This document shows, one piece after another, positions 39,367-48,165 of a DNA stretch of 64,000 nt. The translations under genes and the position numbers were made by a program. The stretch is from Pseudomonadales bacterium (lineage in GTDB: Bacteria > Pseudomonadota > Gammaproteobacteria > Pseudomonadales > UBA7239). The notes beneath the pieces are model-generated. The model saw only the letters and a list, made by a program, of their open reading frames with translations. It did no database searches and was not told where the DNA came from. Each line of letters begins with the position of its first letter. Position 1 is the stretch's first letter. Location: the NCBI GenBank assembly GCA_046347205.1, contig JAXMGN010000002.1:222224-286223 (forward strand), read 5' to 3'.

Positions 39367-41217
39367 TCAGTGCCGCCATGTGTTGTCGATAATGGTGACA
39401 GGTGCAGAGAGGGGTTCTCCCTCGCGCTGTAACTGACGAATGCGGTTTTTAGTGGGTAAATCTATCCAAAATAGCCCAGTGCCCATAGCGTCCACAGCAC
39501 TTTCACTGCTGCGTGTAGCGTGGTTGGCAGGCAGCTTTATCCACGCCCAATAGGCTTCACGAAAGTAAGGCACTTTGAAGGTGGGAATCATCGCGGCACT
39601 GTCATAAATTTTTTGTTCAATTTGATGTGCTAAATCAACACGCGTATTGCGATCTAATGTTTCTCGGTAGGCATTGATTAATTTATCCATGGCAGGGTCA
39701 GAAAAATTGGTGATGTTGTTGGGCTGTGCTTTGAAAGCATTGTCTGAATGATAAAATTGACGATACTCCGGCGACAAACCGCCGCCGCTCCATCCCAGCG
39801 ATGCAATTTGATGATTTTTTTCTAACACTTGTTTGAAAAAAGCAGAGCTGTCTAATAGCTGTAGCTGTATATCAATGCCTGCTTTGCGCGCTTCTTCTTG
39901 CAAAATGACTAAACGATCTGTGTGCAGTGGGTTGCCGTAGCTGAGAGTTAAAGTTAGGCGCTGGCCGTTCTTCATGCGTATGCCGTCTTTGTCTAGCACT
40001 GCCCATCCAGCGGCTTCGAGTAGAGCAATTGCATGTGAAATATCAAAACCGCGCGGTTTAATGTTTTTGTTATCGTAATCACCATAGCCGACATTGTGCG
40101 TTTCCATGCGTTGATAATCGCCGTGCAAAACGGTGTTGATGACTTTGTCGAAATCCATGGCGTAGGCAATGGCTTCTCGCACACGAATATCGTCTAAAGG
40201 CGGTTTGGCCATGTTGAGCCACAAACCTTGCGCGGGCTGCACTACATCATTGTAGTACCACAGTTTGTGTACATAACCCTTATCAAAAATATCGCCTTTC
40301 GCTTTGTTGTGCCAAAAGTCTGGCAAGGTGAGAGAAAAACTGTCCAACTCACCTTTTTGAAAATATTGCCAAGCAATATTGGGGTCGCGTATCACTTTAA
40401 CGATGATGTAATCGGGGTTAAAACGGTGTTTATAGTAACGTTTGTTGTTAGCCCACCAGTCGTTGATGCGATCAAAGCGCACATATTTTCCTTTGCGCAC
40501 GTCGCCAACTTTATAGGCAGCGGTTCCCGGTGCGGGTTGCCAGTTGTAGTTTTGCACCCATAGTGCATCGAGTTGATAAAAGTGGCGCGGCACAGGGTTG
40601 AGATTCACTTGTTCTAACAATTCGTCATCGGGCTTGGCAACGCCGGAGACAACCGCGATGGTGTAAGTATCAAACTTGATAATGTTGGTAATTTGCGTGG
40701 TGAAATACTCGTTTTCAAAAGGTGCGACGATAAACTTCGAGCGCATGAACTCCAACAAATACACATAATCGTCGGCGGTGACAGCTTGGCCATCGGACCA
40801 GCGCGCGGCGGGGTCTAATTTGAAATACACCGTTTTGTGATCATTGCCGAACGCCCAGTGCGTTGCCAGCGCAGGAATGGGGCGGCGTGTATTCGGGTGT
40901 AAATCAATCAAGCTCATGTTGAGTGCGCGGGTGTAACCGGCAAAGCTGCCGTTGGAATCAGGACCAACGACGCGCAAGGTCAACGGAAAACTCAACATGG
41001 ATTCGCGTAAGGTACCGCCGCGTTGTGCAGCTGAGTCTGCAAACTCGGGATCACTGTCATTGGTTTGCCAAGCTAAATTGCTGGGCAACGCTGTTGTGGA
41101 TATTGGATAGGGCGGTAAATCTTTTTTAACGATGGCGGTGTGGTTATCCACTTTTTTGCCGCAGCCCCAAATGGGTAAAAAAATGCACAGCAGCAGTGTG
41201 AGAAAAATGCGAGACAT
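39367..41217 (-). CDS. yejA: Family-5 extracellular solute-binding protein YejA
   Basis: 616 aa with a signal/lipobox-like N-terminus (LLLCIFLPIWGC). Size and location within the yej cluster fit YejA. Confidence 0.85.
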   Translation of the reverse strand: MSRIFLTLLLCIFLPIWGCGKKVDNHTAIVKKDLPPYPISTTALPSNLAWQTNDSDPEFADSAAQRGGTLRESMLSFPLTLRVVGPDSNGSFAGYTRALNMSLIDLHPNTRRPIPALATHWAFGNDHKTVYFKLDPAARWSDGQAVTADDYVYLLEFMRSKFIVAPFENEYFTTQITNIIKFDTYTIAVVSGVAKPDDELLEQVNLNPVPRHFYQLDALWVQNYNWQPAPGTAAYKVGDVRKGKYVRFDRINDWWANNKRYYKHRFNPDYIIVKVIRDPNIAWQYFQKGELDSFSLTLPDFWHNKAKGDIFDKGYVHKLWYYNDVVQPAQGLWLNMAKPPLDDIRVREAIAYAMDFDKVINTVLHGDYQRMETHNVGYGDYDNKNIKPRGFDISHAIALLEAAGWAVLDKDGIRMKNGQRLTLTLSYGNPLHTDRLVILQEEARKAGIDIQLQLLDSSAFFKQVLEKNHQIASLGWSGGGLSPEYRQFYHSDNAFKAQPNNITNFSDPAMDKLINAYRETLDRNTRVDLAHQIEQKIYDSAAMIPTFKVPYFREAYWAWIKLPANHATRSSESAVDAMGTGLFWIDLPTKNRIRQLQREGEPLSAPVTIIDNTWRH

Positions 41218-42242
41218 TATTCGTACACCGTGCGTTGTTTGGGGTCAAAGGCTTCGCGCAGTGCTTCGCCTATCCACGTCACCATCACGAGCACCGCGAT
41301 CATGGCGATAGTGACGGAGCCGACTATCCACTCGCTGTCGAGTCGAGACATACCTTCGCGCAATAAAACACCCCAGCTTGGTGTGGGGGGGGGCAAACCG
41401 AAACCTAAATAATCCAAAGCGGTTAATGCTGTGATGCCGCCTGTGATAGAAAACGGCGCAAAGGTAATCAATAGTGCGCGAGTGTTGGGCAGTAAATGTT
41501 GTGTGATGATGCGCCAATCGGATGCGCCCAGTGCGCGCGCCGCCAACACATAATTGCGCGCTTTTTCTTTGTAACTCGTAGTGCGCATGTACCAAGTAAT
41601 AGCGGTCCAATCAAAAAAAGCCATGATGAATAGCAGTGTCCAAAAGCCGGGTAGCACGAGTGAAGCGATAATCATGATGACGTACAGCGTAGGAATAGAT
41701 GACCAAATTTCAATCACGCGCTGCATAATCAAATCAAATTTTCCGCCGTAAAAACCCATGGCAATGCCAATAACAGTGCCGATGCTGTAATTGCAAAGTA
41801 GCAGCAAAATGCTGAAGGCAATGGAAAGACGAAATCCGTACAACAGGCGTGCGGCAATATCACGACCAGCGCCGTCTGTTCCTAAAAAATGTCGATAAGC
41901 GAGTGAAGGTGCAAGTGGCGGATACAAACCTGCAACTGCATGAGATTCCAATGGGTTCCATGGGATTGCAGGCATCACCACCCAGTTTTTATTCCCGATG
42001 GTTTTGCGAAATTGTTGTTGTAAATCGCGGTAGTTGGTTTCGTGTGGATAATTGAGACCAAACGCAGTGCCAGGTAAAAATGCGCCATAAGTGGGGAAAA
42101 AATATTCTCCGTTGTAATGCACGATGAGTGCGCGGTTGTTGGCGATTAGCTCTGCGCCACAACTCAAGATGATCAACGCCGCCAAAATGATGGCAGACCA
42201 GTAGCCGCGTTTCAGTGCACGAAAGTGCTGCCATTTGCGCAT
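41217..42242 (-). CDS. yejE: ABC importer permease YejE
   Basis: 341 aa DppC/OppC-type permease. Its TAA overlaps the yejA ATG by 1 nt. It contains a C9 tract (G9 on the plus strand, 41385-41393). Confidence 0.88.
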   Translation of the reverse strand: MRKWQHFRALKRGYWSAIILAALIILSCGAELIANNRALIVHYNGEYFFPTYGAFLPGTAFGLNYPHETNYRDLQQQFRKTIGNKNWVVMPAIPWNPLESHAVAGLYPPLAPSLAYRHFLGTDGAGRDIAARLLYGFRLSIAFSILLLLCNYSIGTVIGIAMGFYGGKFDLIMQRVIEIWSSIPTLYVIMIIASLVLPGFWTLLFIMAFFDWTAITWYMRTTSYKEKARNYVLAARALGASDWRIITQHLLPNTRALLITFAPFSITGGITALTALDYLGFGLPPPTPSWGVLLREGMSRLDSEWIVGSVTIAMIAVLVMVTWIGEALREAFDPKQRTVYE

Positions 42243-42244
42243 GC

Positions 42245-43273
42245 TTATTCAAACCTCACGCGCGGATCAATGGCGGCTACACACAAATCAGACAAAATGT
42301 TGCCGATAAGAAAAAGCAGGGAAGAAATTACCAGCAAGCCCATGACCACGGGATAGTCACGCTCCACCAGCGATTCGTAGCCCAGCAGACCCATGCCATC
42401 AATATTAAAAATGGTTTCTACCAAAAAAGAGCCGGACAAAATAATAGAAATGCCATGACCAAAAGACGTAGCCAGTGGAATCAAACTGTTGCGCAGCGCA
42501 TGGCGAAATACCGCTTGGCGGAAGGTTAGACCTTTGGCGACGGCTGTGCGCACATAATCGCTGGCTAAGTTTTCCAGCAAGCTGTTTTTCATCAACATGG
42601 TCATCACGGCAAAGCTGCCGATGAGATAAGTCGTCAGTGGCAGTACGGCGTGCATAAAAATATCGCGCACTTGCTCTGTCCACGACAGATCGGCAAGGTC
42701 ATCACTAGCAAAACCGCCCAGTGGAAAAATTTCCCAGTGTGATGCAAACAGTGTGATCAAGAGAATACCCAACACATAGTTGGGAATGGCAAAACCTAAA
42801 AAAATCAAGGCGGCGCTGAGATGATCGAAACGTGAGTTGTGGCGCAGTGCTTTTACAATGCCAAGAGGAATACAAACGGCATAGGTGATGAGCAGAGAAA
42901 TACCACCATAAAACAATGACAAGGGCATGCGCGATGTGACGGTATCCCACACCGGTTCGCCGTAGCGCGTGGAATAACCGAGATCTAAATGCAGTACGCG
43001 CCACAACCATTGCGCGTAACTGACGAAAACGGGTTTATCAAATCCGTAATAGGCTTTTAGTTCGGCTAATTGTTTTTCATCGAGTGTGCCGCTGCTGCTG
43101 GCGCGATCTCGCACGATATGCGCACTATTGTCGCCGCTGGCAAATTGTGCATTGGTCATCATTTTTTCAATGGGGCCACCCGGCACAAAACGCGTCAGTG
43201 TAAAAACAATCAGTGTGATGCCAAGCAGTGTGGGAATGGTCAGTAATAAACGGCGTAGTAAATAAGCAATCAT
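42245..43273 (-). CDS. yejB: ABC importer permease YejB
   Basis: MIAYLLRRLLLTIPTLLGITLIVFTLTRFVPGGP aligns with the E. coli YejB N-terminus (MGAYLIRRLLLVIPTLW...). The ATG at 43273 overlaps the queF stop (ATGA). The track start, GTG 43282, lies 3 codons upstream. Confidence 0.9.
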   Translation of the reverse strand: MIAYLLRRLLLTIPTLLGITLIVFTLTRFVPGGPIEKMMTNAQFASGDNSAHIVRDRASSSGTLDEKQLAELKAYYGFDKPVFVSYAQWLWRVLHLDLGYSTRYGEPVWDTVTSRMPLSLFYGGISLLITYAVCIPLGIVKALRHNSRFDHLSAALIFLGFAIPNYVLGILLITLFASHWEIFPLGGFASDDLADLSWTEQVRDIFMHAVLPLTTYLIGSFAVMTMLMKNSLLENLASDYVRTAVAKGLTFRQAVFRHALRNSLIPLATSFGHGISIILSGSFLVETIFNIDGMGLLGYESLVERDYPVVMGLLVISSLLFLIGNILSDLCVAAIDPRVRFE

Positions 43274-44097
43274 TGTCGCCACTGCCTTGCACGCGTGGGT
43301 TTTAATTCGGCATGGCTGGTGCGAAAAGGGTTGATGTCGAGGCCGCCGCGCCGCGTAAATCTACCTTCAACGCTGAGTTTTTCTGGCGTGCACTGCATCC
43401 AAATATCGCAAAAAATACGCTCGATGCACTGCTCGTGAAAGCCTTGGTGCAAACGAAACGAACATAAGTATTGCAAAAGACTTTCTTCATTAATTTCTGT
43501 GCCGCGATACACAATACGCACGCTCGCCCAATCGGGTTGGCCTGTCACAGGGCAGTTGCTGCGCAGTAAATGGCTGATCAGTGTTTTCTCGGTGGTGATA
43601 GTTGTGTCGCAACGGAGCAGCGCAGGAGTCATTTCATAGTGCGTGATGGATACATCATTCTCGTCAAGACATGGATCGCACCAAGGTTGAATTTGTAAAC
43701 GGCTGTCGCCTTGAGCAGAAAAAAATGTCACTTGAACCTGACCGCCAACAATGCGACTCACATCGCTAGAGATTGTGTGTGTGAGTTCTTCGTGACTGTT
43801 AAGGACGGTTTGATTGAAGCTGTTGAGATACAGTTTGAGTGATTTGGATTCAACAATATTGGGCGTTTGTGCGCTGTAGTCGAGCAGAATGCAACCTACT
43901 TGTGGTTTGCCTTGCTTATTCAGCCAAGAAATTTCAAAGCCAGTCCAATTGTCTTCGCCAATAAAAGGCAGAGGTTTGTCGGCTGGCCAGAAATCGCGCG
44001 AAGCCTGTCTTGATACCGCAACCAGAAGAGCAGGGTCGTAGCGATCACTGTAGCTGGTGTGTTTGCCGAGCGGCAATTGACTGTAATCCACAGTCAT
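43270..44097 (-). CDS. queF: NADPH-dependent 7-cyano-7-deazaguanine (preQ0) reductase QueF, two-domain type
   Basis: 275 aa with ESKSLKLYLNSF, the active-site Cys region SNCPVTGQPDW and FHEQC. Confidence 0.93.
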   Translation of the reverse strand: MTVDYSQLPLGKHTSYSDRYDPALLVAVSRQASRDFWPADKPLPFIGEDNWTGFEISWLNKQGKPQVGCILLDYSAQTPNIVESKSLKLYLNSFNQTVLNSHEELTHTISSDVSRIVGGQVQVTFFSAQGDSRLQIQPWCDPCLDENDVSITHYEMTPALLRCDTTITTEKTLISHLLRSNCPVTGQPDWASVRIVYRGTEINEESLLQYLCSFRLHQGFHEQCIERIFCDIWMQCTPEKLSVEGRFTRRGGLDINPFRTSHAELKPTRARQWRQ

Positions 44098-44101
44098 TTT
44101 A

Positions 44102-44875
44102 TTAACTCCGCAAACCTTTGCTGCTGTTCAATAGGTGCAGAGCATAAAAACAAGCTGCACAAGAAAATAATGCAATCATGCCTAATGATCCGATGACGTG
44201 AACATCAGAAATGCCGAGCATGCCGTAACGAAAAGCGTTCACCATGTACAAAATGGGGTTGAGCTGTGAAACGGCTTTCCAGAATGGCGGCAGTAAATCA
44301 ATGGAGTAAAAAACGCCGCCGAGATAGGTGAGGGGTGTTAGAACAAACGTCGGTACGATAGAAATATCATCAAAATTTCTAGCAAAAATCGCGTTGATTA
44401 AACCGGCCAGCGAAAACAAAATGGCGGTGAGCAGCACGGCACTCATCATCACCAACCAATGTTGTACATGCAGTTGAGTAAAAAACAGTGACAGTAGGGT
44501 GACGACAATCCCAACGCAGATGCCACGCGCCACGCCGCCAGCTACATAGCCAGCTAAAATGGCCCAATTAGGCACGGGTGCAATCAACAACTCTTCAATA
44601 CTGTGTTGAAACTTATTGCTAAAAAATGACGAAACGACGTTGCTGTATGAATTGGTCAACACAGACATCATGACCAAACCTGGCACCACAAACTGAATAT
44701 AGCTGTAGCCTTGCATTTCACCAATGCGCCCGCCAATCAAGGTGCCAAAAATCACAAAATACAATCCTGTCGTGATGGCGGGCGGCAGCAGTGTTTGCAG
44801 CCAAATGCGCATAAAACGGCGGACTTCTTTGATTAAGATAGTTTGAAAAGCTATCCAGGTTTCATGCGAATTCAT
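44102..44875 (-). CDS. yadH: ABC-2 type transporter permease YadH
   Basis: 257 aa that aligns with E. coli YadH along its full length: KEVRRFMRIWLQTLLPPAITTGLYFVIFG, VPTFVLTPLTYLGGVFYS. Confidence 0.9.
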   Translation of the reverse strand: MNSHETWIAFQTILIKEVRRFMRIWLQTLLPPAITTGLYFVIFGTLIGGRIGEMQGYSYIQFVVPGLVMMSVLTNSYSNVVSSFFSNKFQHSIEELLIAPVPNWAILAGYVAGGVARGICVGIVVTLLSLFFTQLHVQHWLVMMSAVLLTAILFSLAGLINAIFARNFDDISIVPTFVLTPLTYLGGVFYSIDLLPPFWKAVSQLNPILYMVNAFRYGMLGISDVHVIGSLGMIALFSCAACFYALHLLNSSKGLRS

Positions 44876-45792
44876 GCGGCATTCTCGTTCAATAGTTTTA
44901 CAAACAGTTCTTCCAGTCGGTTGGCTTTGTTGCGCATGCTGGTAATGTGAATGTTTCTTTCGCTGAGTTGTGCAAAGAGGGTGTTGATGTCTGTTCCACG
45001 TTTCACTTCCACTTCAAGTGCGTGTGGGTCTGTTTGTTTGACAGTAAAACCTTGGATTTCAGGCAAAAAGTGTAAGGCATCTTTTAGATCTAGCATAAAA
45101 GTTTCCTGATCCAGTTTTTGAATCAGACTTTTCATGGACGTGTTTTCGATGATATTGCCTTTGTTGATGATGGCGATGTTGCGACAAAGGTTCTCTGCTT
45201 CTTCCAAATAATGTGTGGTGAGAATAATGGTGGTGCCATTTTTGTTAATTTCACGCAGGAACTCCCACATGGAGCGGCGCAGCTCAATGTCTACACCGGC
45301 AGTGGGCTCGTCGAGAATCAGTAGCTTGGGTTCGTGGATCAAGGCGCGGGCAATCATCAGCCGTCGTTTCATTCCGCCAGACAACATGCGTGCTACGGAG
45401 TTGCGTTTATCCCATAAATCCAATTTTTTCAGGTAGAAATCAGCGCGTTCTCTAGCGAGTGGCGACGGCATGCCGTAGTAGCCGCCCTGCGTGCGAATAA
45501 TGTCGCCAACTTTTTCAAATTGGCTAAAATTAAATTCTTGCGGCACTACGCCCAAACATTTGCGTGCTTGCGAAAAATGGGTGTCGATATTGTTGCCAAA
45601 AATACTCACTGTGCCGGCTGTTTTGCGCACCAAAGAACACAAAATGCCGATAAGGGTTGATTTACCTGCACCGTTTGGGCCTAGCAATGCAAAAAAATTG
45701 CCCTCCTGTACTTGCAGGTCTATGCCTTTTAATGCCGAGAGGCCGTTGTCGTAAGTTTTTTGTAGATTGTGGATAGAGACTGCATTGTTCAT
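44872..45792 (-). CDS. yadG: ABC-2 type transporter ATP-binding protein YadG
   Basis: Walker A is GPNGAGKST, the signature is LSGGMKRRLMIARAL and Walker B is LLILDEPTAGVD. I started it at MNNAVSIHNL; the track start at 45846 adds 18 residues that do not look conserved. The stop overlaps the yadH ATG (ATGA). Confidence 0.9.
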   Translation of the reverse strand: MNNAVSIHNLQKTYDNGLSALKGIDLQVQEGNFFALLGPNGAGKSTLIGILCSLVRKTAGTVSIFGNNIDTHFSQARKCLGVVPQEFNFSQFEKVGDIIRTQGGYYGMPSPLARERADFYLKKLDLWDKRNSVARMLSGGMKRRLMIARALIHEPKLLILDEPTAGVDIELRRSMWEFLREINKNGTTIILTTHYLEEAENLCRNIAIINKGNIIENTSMKSLIQKLDQETFMLDLKDALHFLPEIQGFTVKQTDPHALEVEVKRGTDINTLFAQLSERNIHITSMRNKANRLEELFVKLLNENAA

Positions 45793-45878
45793 TGATGTGC
45801 CAAATGATGATTTTTGCAAGCTTGAATTATGCCAGATGCCGCGCATACTAATGCCTTCTTTTTAATGGGGTTACCCAA

Positions 45879-48164
45879 ATGAATACAGAGAGTTATGCGC
45901 GTTGGTTGCGCGGTTGTGGACCGATTGTTCACAGTGCAGAAACGGTGGAGCGCATTCGATCATTGGCGACCAATGGCTTGATTCAAGCCGGTGATGACGA
46001 AGCCATCTACGCATTGTTGAGTGCAGCGGATCGCCTGACTTGTGTGGCAATGAGCGTGGTGGCTCACATGACATATGCGCGTCGCATAGATTTATCGGGT
46101 GCACCGTTGCAGGCCGAGGACTTCAAATCCACTCCCGAGGGACACACCGGCGGTTCGCTCAATATGGTGCCGGCTTTTGTTGGCTATTTGCTGGCCAATG
46201 CGCTCACAGGCAAGACGCGCGGCTGGATGATGGAGCAAGGGCATTGTGTGGCAGCCATCGAAGCGGTAAACGCACTAACGGGCGATGTATCTAGCACTCA
46301 GCTTGGACGCTACAACCGCACAGAAGCGGGTTTATCCCAGTTGATGCAAGATTTTTATTCCTATGCCATTAACGCAGAGGGACAGCCGTCCGTGCCGCTG
46401 GGTAGCCATGCCGGTCCTCATACTGCGGGTGCTATTTCTGAAGGTGGGTATTTGGGGTTTGCTGGTCTGCAGTACATGCATACCCCTTTGCCTGACGAGC
46501 GTTTGGTTGCCTTTCTCAGTGACGGGGCTTTTGAAGAGCAGCGTGGTTCGGATTGGGCGCCGCGTTGGTGGCGTGCAGAGGACTGTGGTTATGCGGTGCC
46601 TGTCATGATCCTCAATGGGCGACGCATCGAGCAGCGCACGCAAATAGTGCAGGAGGGTGGTGCGCATTGGCTGGCAGAAGATGTACGCCACAACGGGTTT
46701 GATCCTGTTATCGTCGATGGCCGTGATCCGGCGGCCATTGCTTGGGGCATCATCACAGCTGAGCAATCGCTCGATACCTTTGTTGCTGACCCCAACAGGC
46801 AGTATCCAGCACGCTTGCCGTATGTCATCGCCGAGACAGAAAAGGGCTTTGGTTTTGTGGGAGCGGGCACGAATGCCGCACACAATTTGCCACTGCCCGG
46901 TTGTCCTTGTTGTGATGCCGCGACGCGTGAATTGTTCAATGCCGGTGCAAAGGCTTTGTTTGTACCAACAGCGGAATTACACGATGCATTGGCTGTATTG
47001 GCAAACCATGGCAAACAGCAACGCATTTTGGAAAGTCAGCATCCTATGGCGCATCGCCAACCGTCTGAATTGGTATTGCCAAACCCTGCCAGCGCTGAAA
47101 TCGGGGATACCGGCAGCGCGATGGCGGCGTTGGATCATTGGTTTGTGTCCTTGGTCAAAGCAAATCCAGCGTTGCGTGTGCGAGTGGGTAATCCGGATGA
47201 GCTGGCAAGTAACAAAATGGGCGAAACGCTGAAGTTATTGAAGCACCGTGTCAATGCGCCGGAAGCCAATGTGCCAGAAAGTTTACACGGCGCGGTGATT
47301 ACAGCTTTGAACGAGGAAGCCGTGGCTGCAGCAGCGTTAGCCAATAAAGGAGGCTTGAATCTGATCGTCAGCTACGAGGCTTTCGCTGTAAAAATGTTGG
47401 GCATGATGCGCCAAGAAATTATTTTTGCGCGCCATCAAAAAGATATAGGGCATGCGCCGCAGTGGTTATCTGTGCCTTTGATTGTGACTTCGCACACTTG
47501 GGAAAATTCCAAAAATGAGCAATCGCATCAAGACCCTACGATTGCGGAAACATTGCTCAGTGAAATGTCAGATACCTCTCGCGTTTTATTTCCGGTGGAT
47601 GGCAATACCGCCACGGCAGCATTGCACAGCGTGTACGCAGAGCGCGGGCAATTGGCTTGTGTGGTGGTGTCCAAGCGTGATGTGATGGAGCGTTTTACGC
47701 CGCAAGCTGCGACGGCATTGGTGAAGCAAGGAGCTGCACACATTATGGGTTCACCTGATGATGCCGATGTACAGCTTGTTGCCATTGGTGCGTATCAGTT
47801 GGATGAGGCAATAAAAGCGCATTCCGTGTTAAAAAATCAAGGAAGAAAAGTGTGTGTGACTGTTGTTTTAGAGCCTGGGCGTTTGCGTGAACCGCGCGAC
47901 ACATTAGAAAAACAATGTGTATTGGATGATGTTGCGTTGCAAAAAATATTTCCTGCAGCTTTGCCGCGTGTGCTGTTGACGCATACGCGTCCAGAAATGA
48001 TGTTGGGTGTTTTGCGTCGCTTAGATAATGGCCCTGCAAAAACAATAGCATTGGGTTATATCAATCGTGGTGGAACATTGGATGTGGCGGGTATGCTGTT
48101 GGCAAATCGCTGTACGGCAGCACATGCTGTTGAGGCTTCATTGACGTTATTGCAAGGAAAATAA
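45879..48164 (+). CDS. Divergent phosphoketolase (XFP) family, ThDP-dependent enzyme
   Basis: 761 aa. Segments parallel XFP motifs as I recall them. PEGHTGGSLNM corresponds to LLGHWGTTPGLN, EQGHCVAAIEA to GPGHGGPA, and SEGGYLGF to HEGGELGY. LSDGAFEE...VMILNGRRI corresponds to VGDGEAETG...ILHLNGYKI. The protein is clearly related but unusually divergent. Confidence 0.7.
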   Translation: MNTESYARWLRGCGPIVHSAETVERIRSLATNGLIQAGDDEAIYALLSAADRLTCVAMSVVAHMTYARRIDLSGAPLQAEDFKSTPEGHTGGSLNMVPAFVGYLLANALTGKTRGWMMEQGHCVAAIEAVNALTGDVSSTQLGRYNRTEAGLSQLMQDFYSYAINAEGQPSVPLGSHAGPHTAGAISEGGYLGFAGLQYMHTPLPDERLVAFLSDGAFEEQRGSDWAPRWWRAEDCGYAVPVMILNGRRIEQRTQIVQEGGAHWLAEDVRHNGFDPVIVDGRDPAAIAWGIITAEQSLDTFVADPNRQYPARLPYVIAETEKGFGFVGAGTNAAHNLPLPGCPCCDAATRELFNAGAKALFVPTAELHDALAVLANHGKQQRILESQHPMAHRQPSELVLPNPASAEIGDTGSAMAALDHWFVSLVKANPALRVRVGNPDELASNKMGETLKLLKHRVNAPEANVPESLHGAVITALNEEAVAAAALANKGGLNLIVSYEAFAVKMLGMMRQEIIFARHQKDIGHAPQWLSVPLIVTSHTWENSKNEQSHQDPTIAETLLSEMSDTSRVLFPVDGNTATAALHSVYAERGQLACVVVSKRDVMERFTPQAATALVKQGAAHIMGSPDDADVQLVAIGAYQLDEAIKAHSVLKNQGRKVCVTVVLEPGRLREPRDTLEKQCVLDDVALQKIFPAALPRVLLTHTRPEMMLGVLRRLDNGPAKTIALGYINRGGTLDVAGMLLANRCTAAHAVEASLTLLQGK

Positions 48165-48165
48165 A

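Noticed and set aside
45793-45878. att-like direct repeat of the tRNA-Gly 3' end at the far border of the putative islet
   Set aside because: No segment resembling the tRNA-Gly 3' end (plus-strand tggagcggaaaaggagactcgaactcc) is visible here or elsewhere in the block by eye. The islet idea therefore remains weak.
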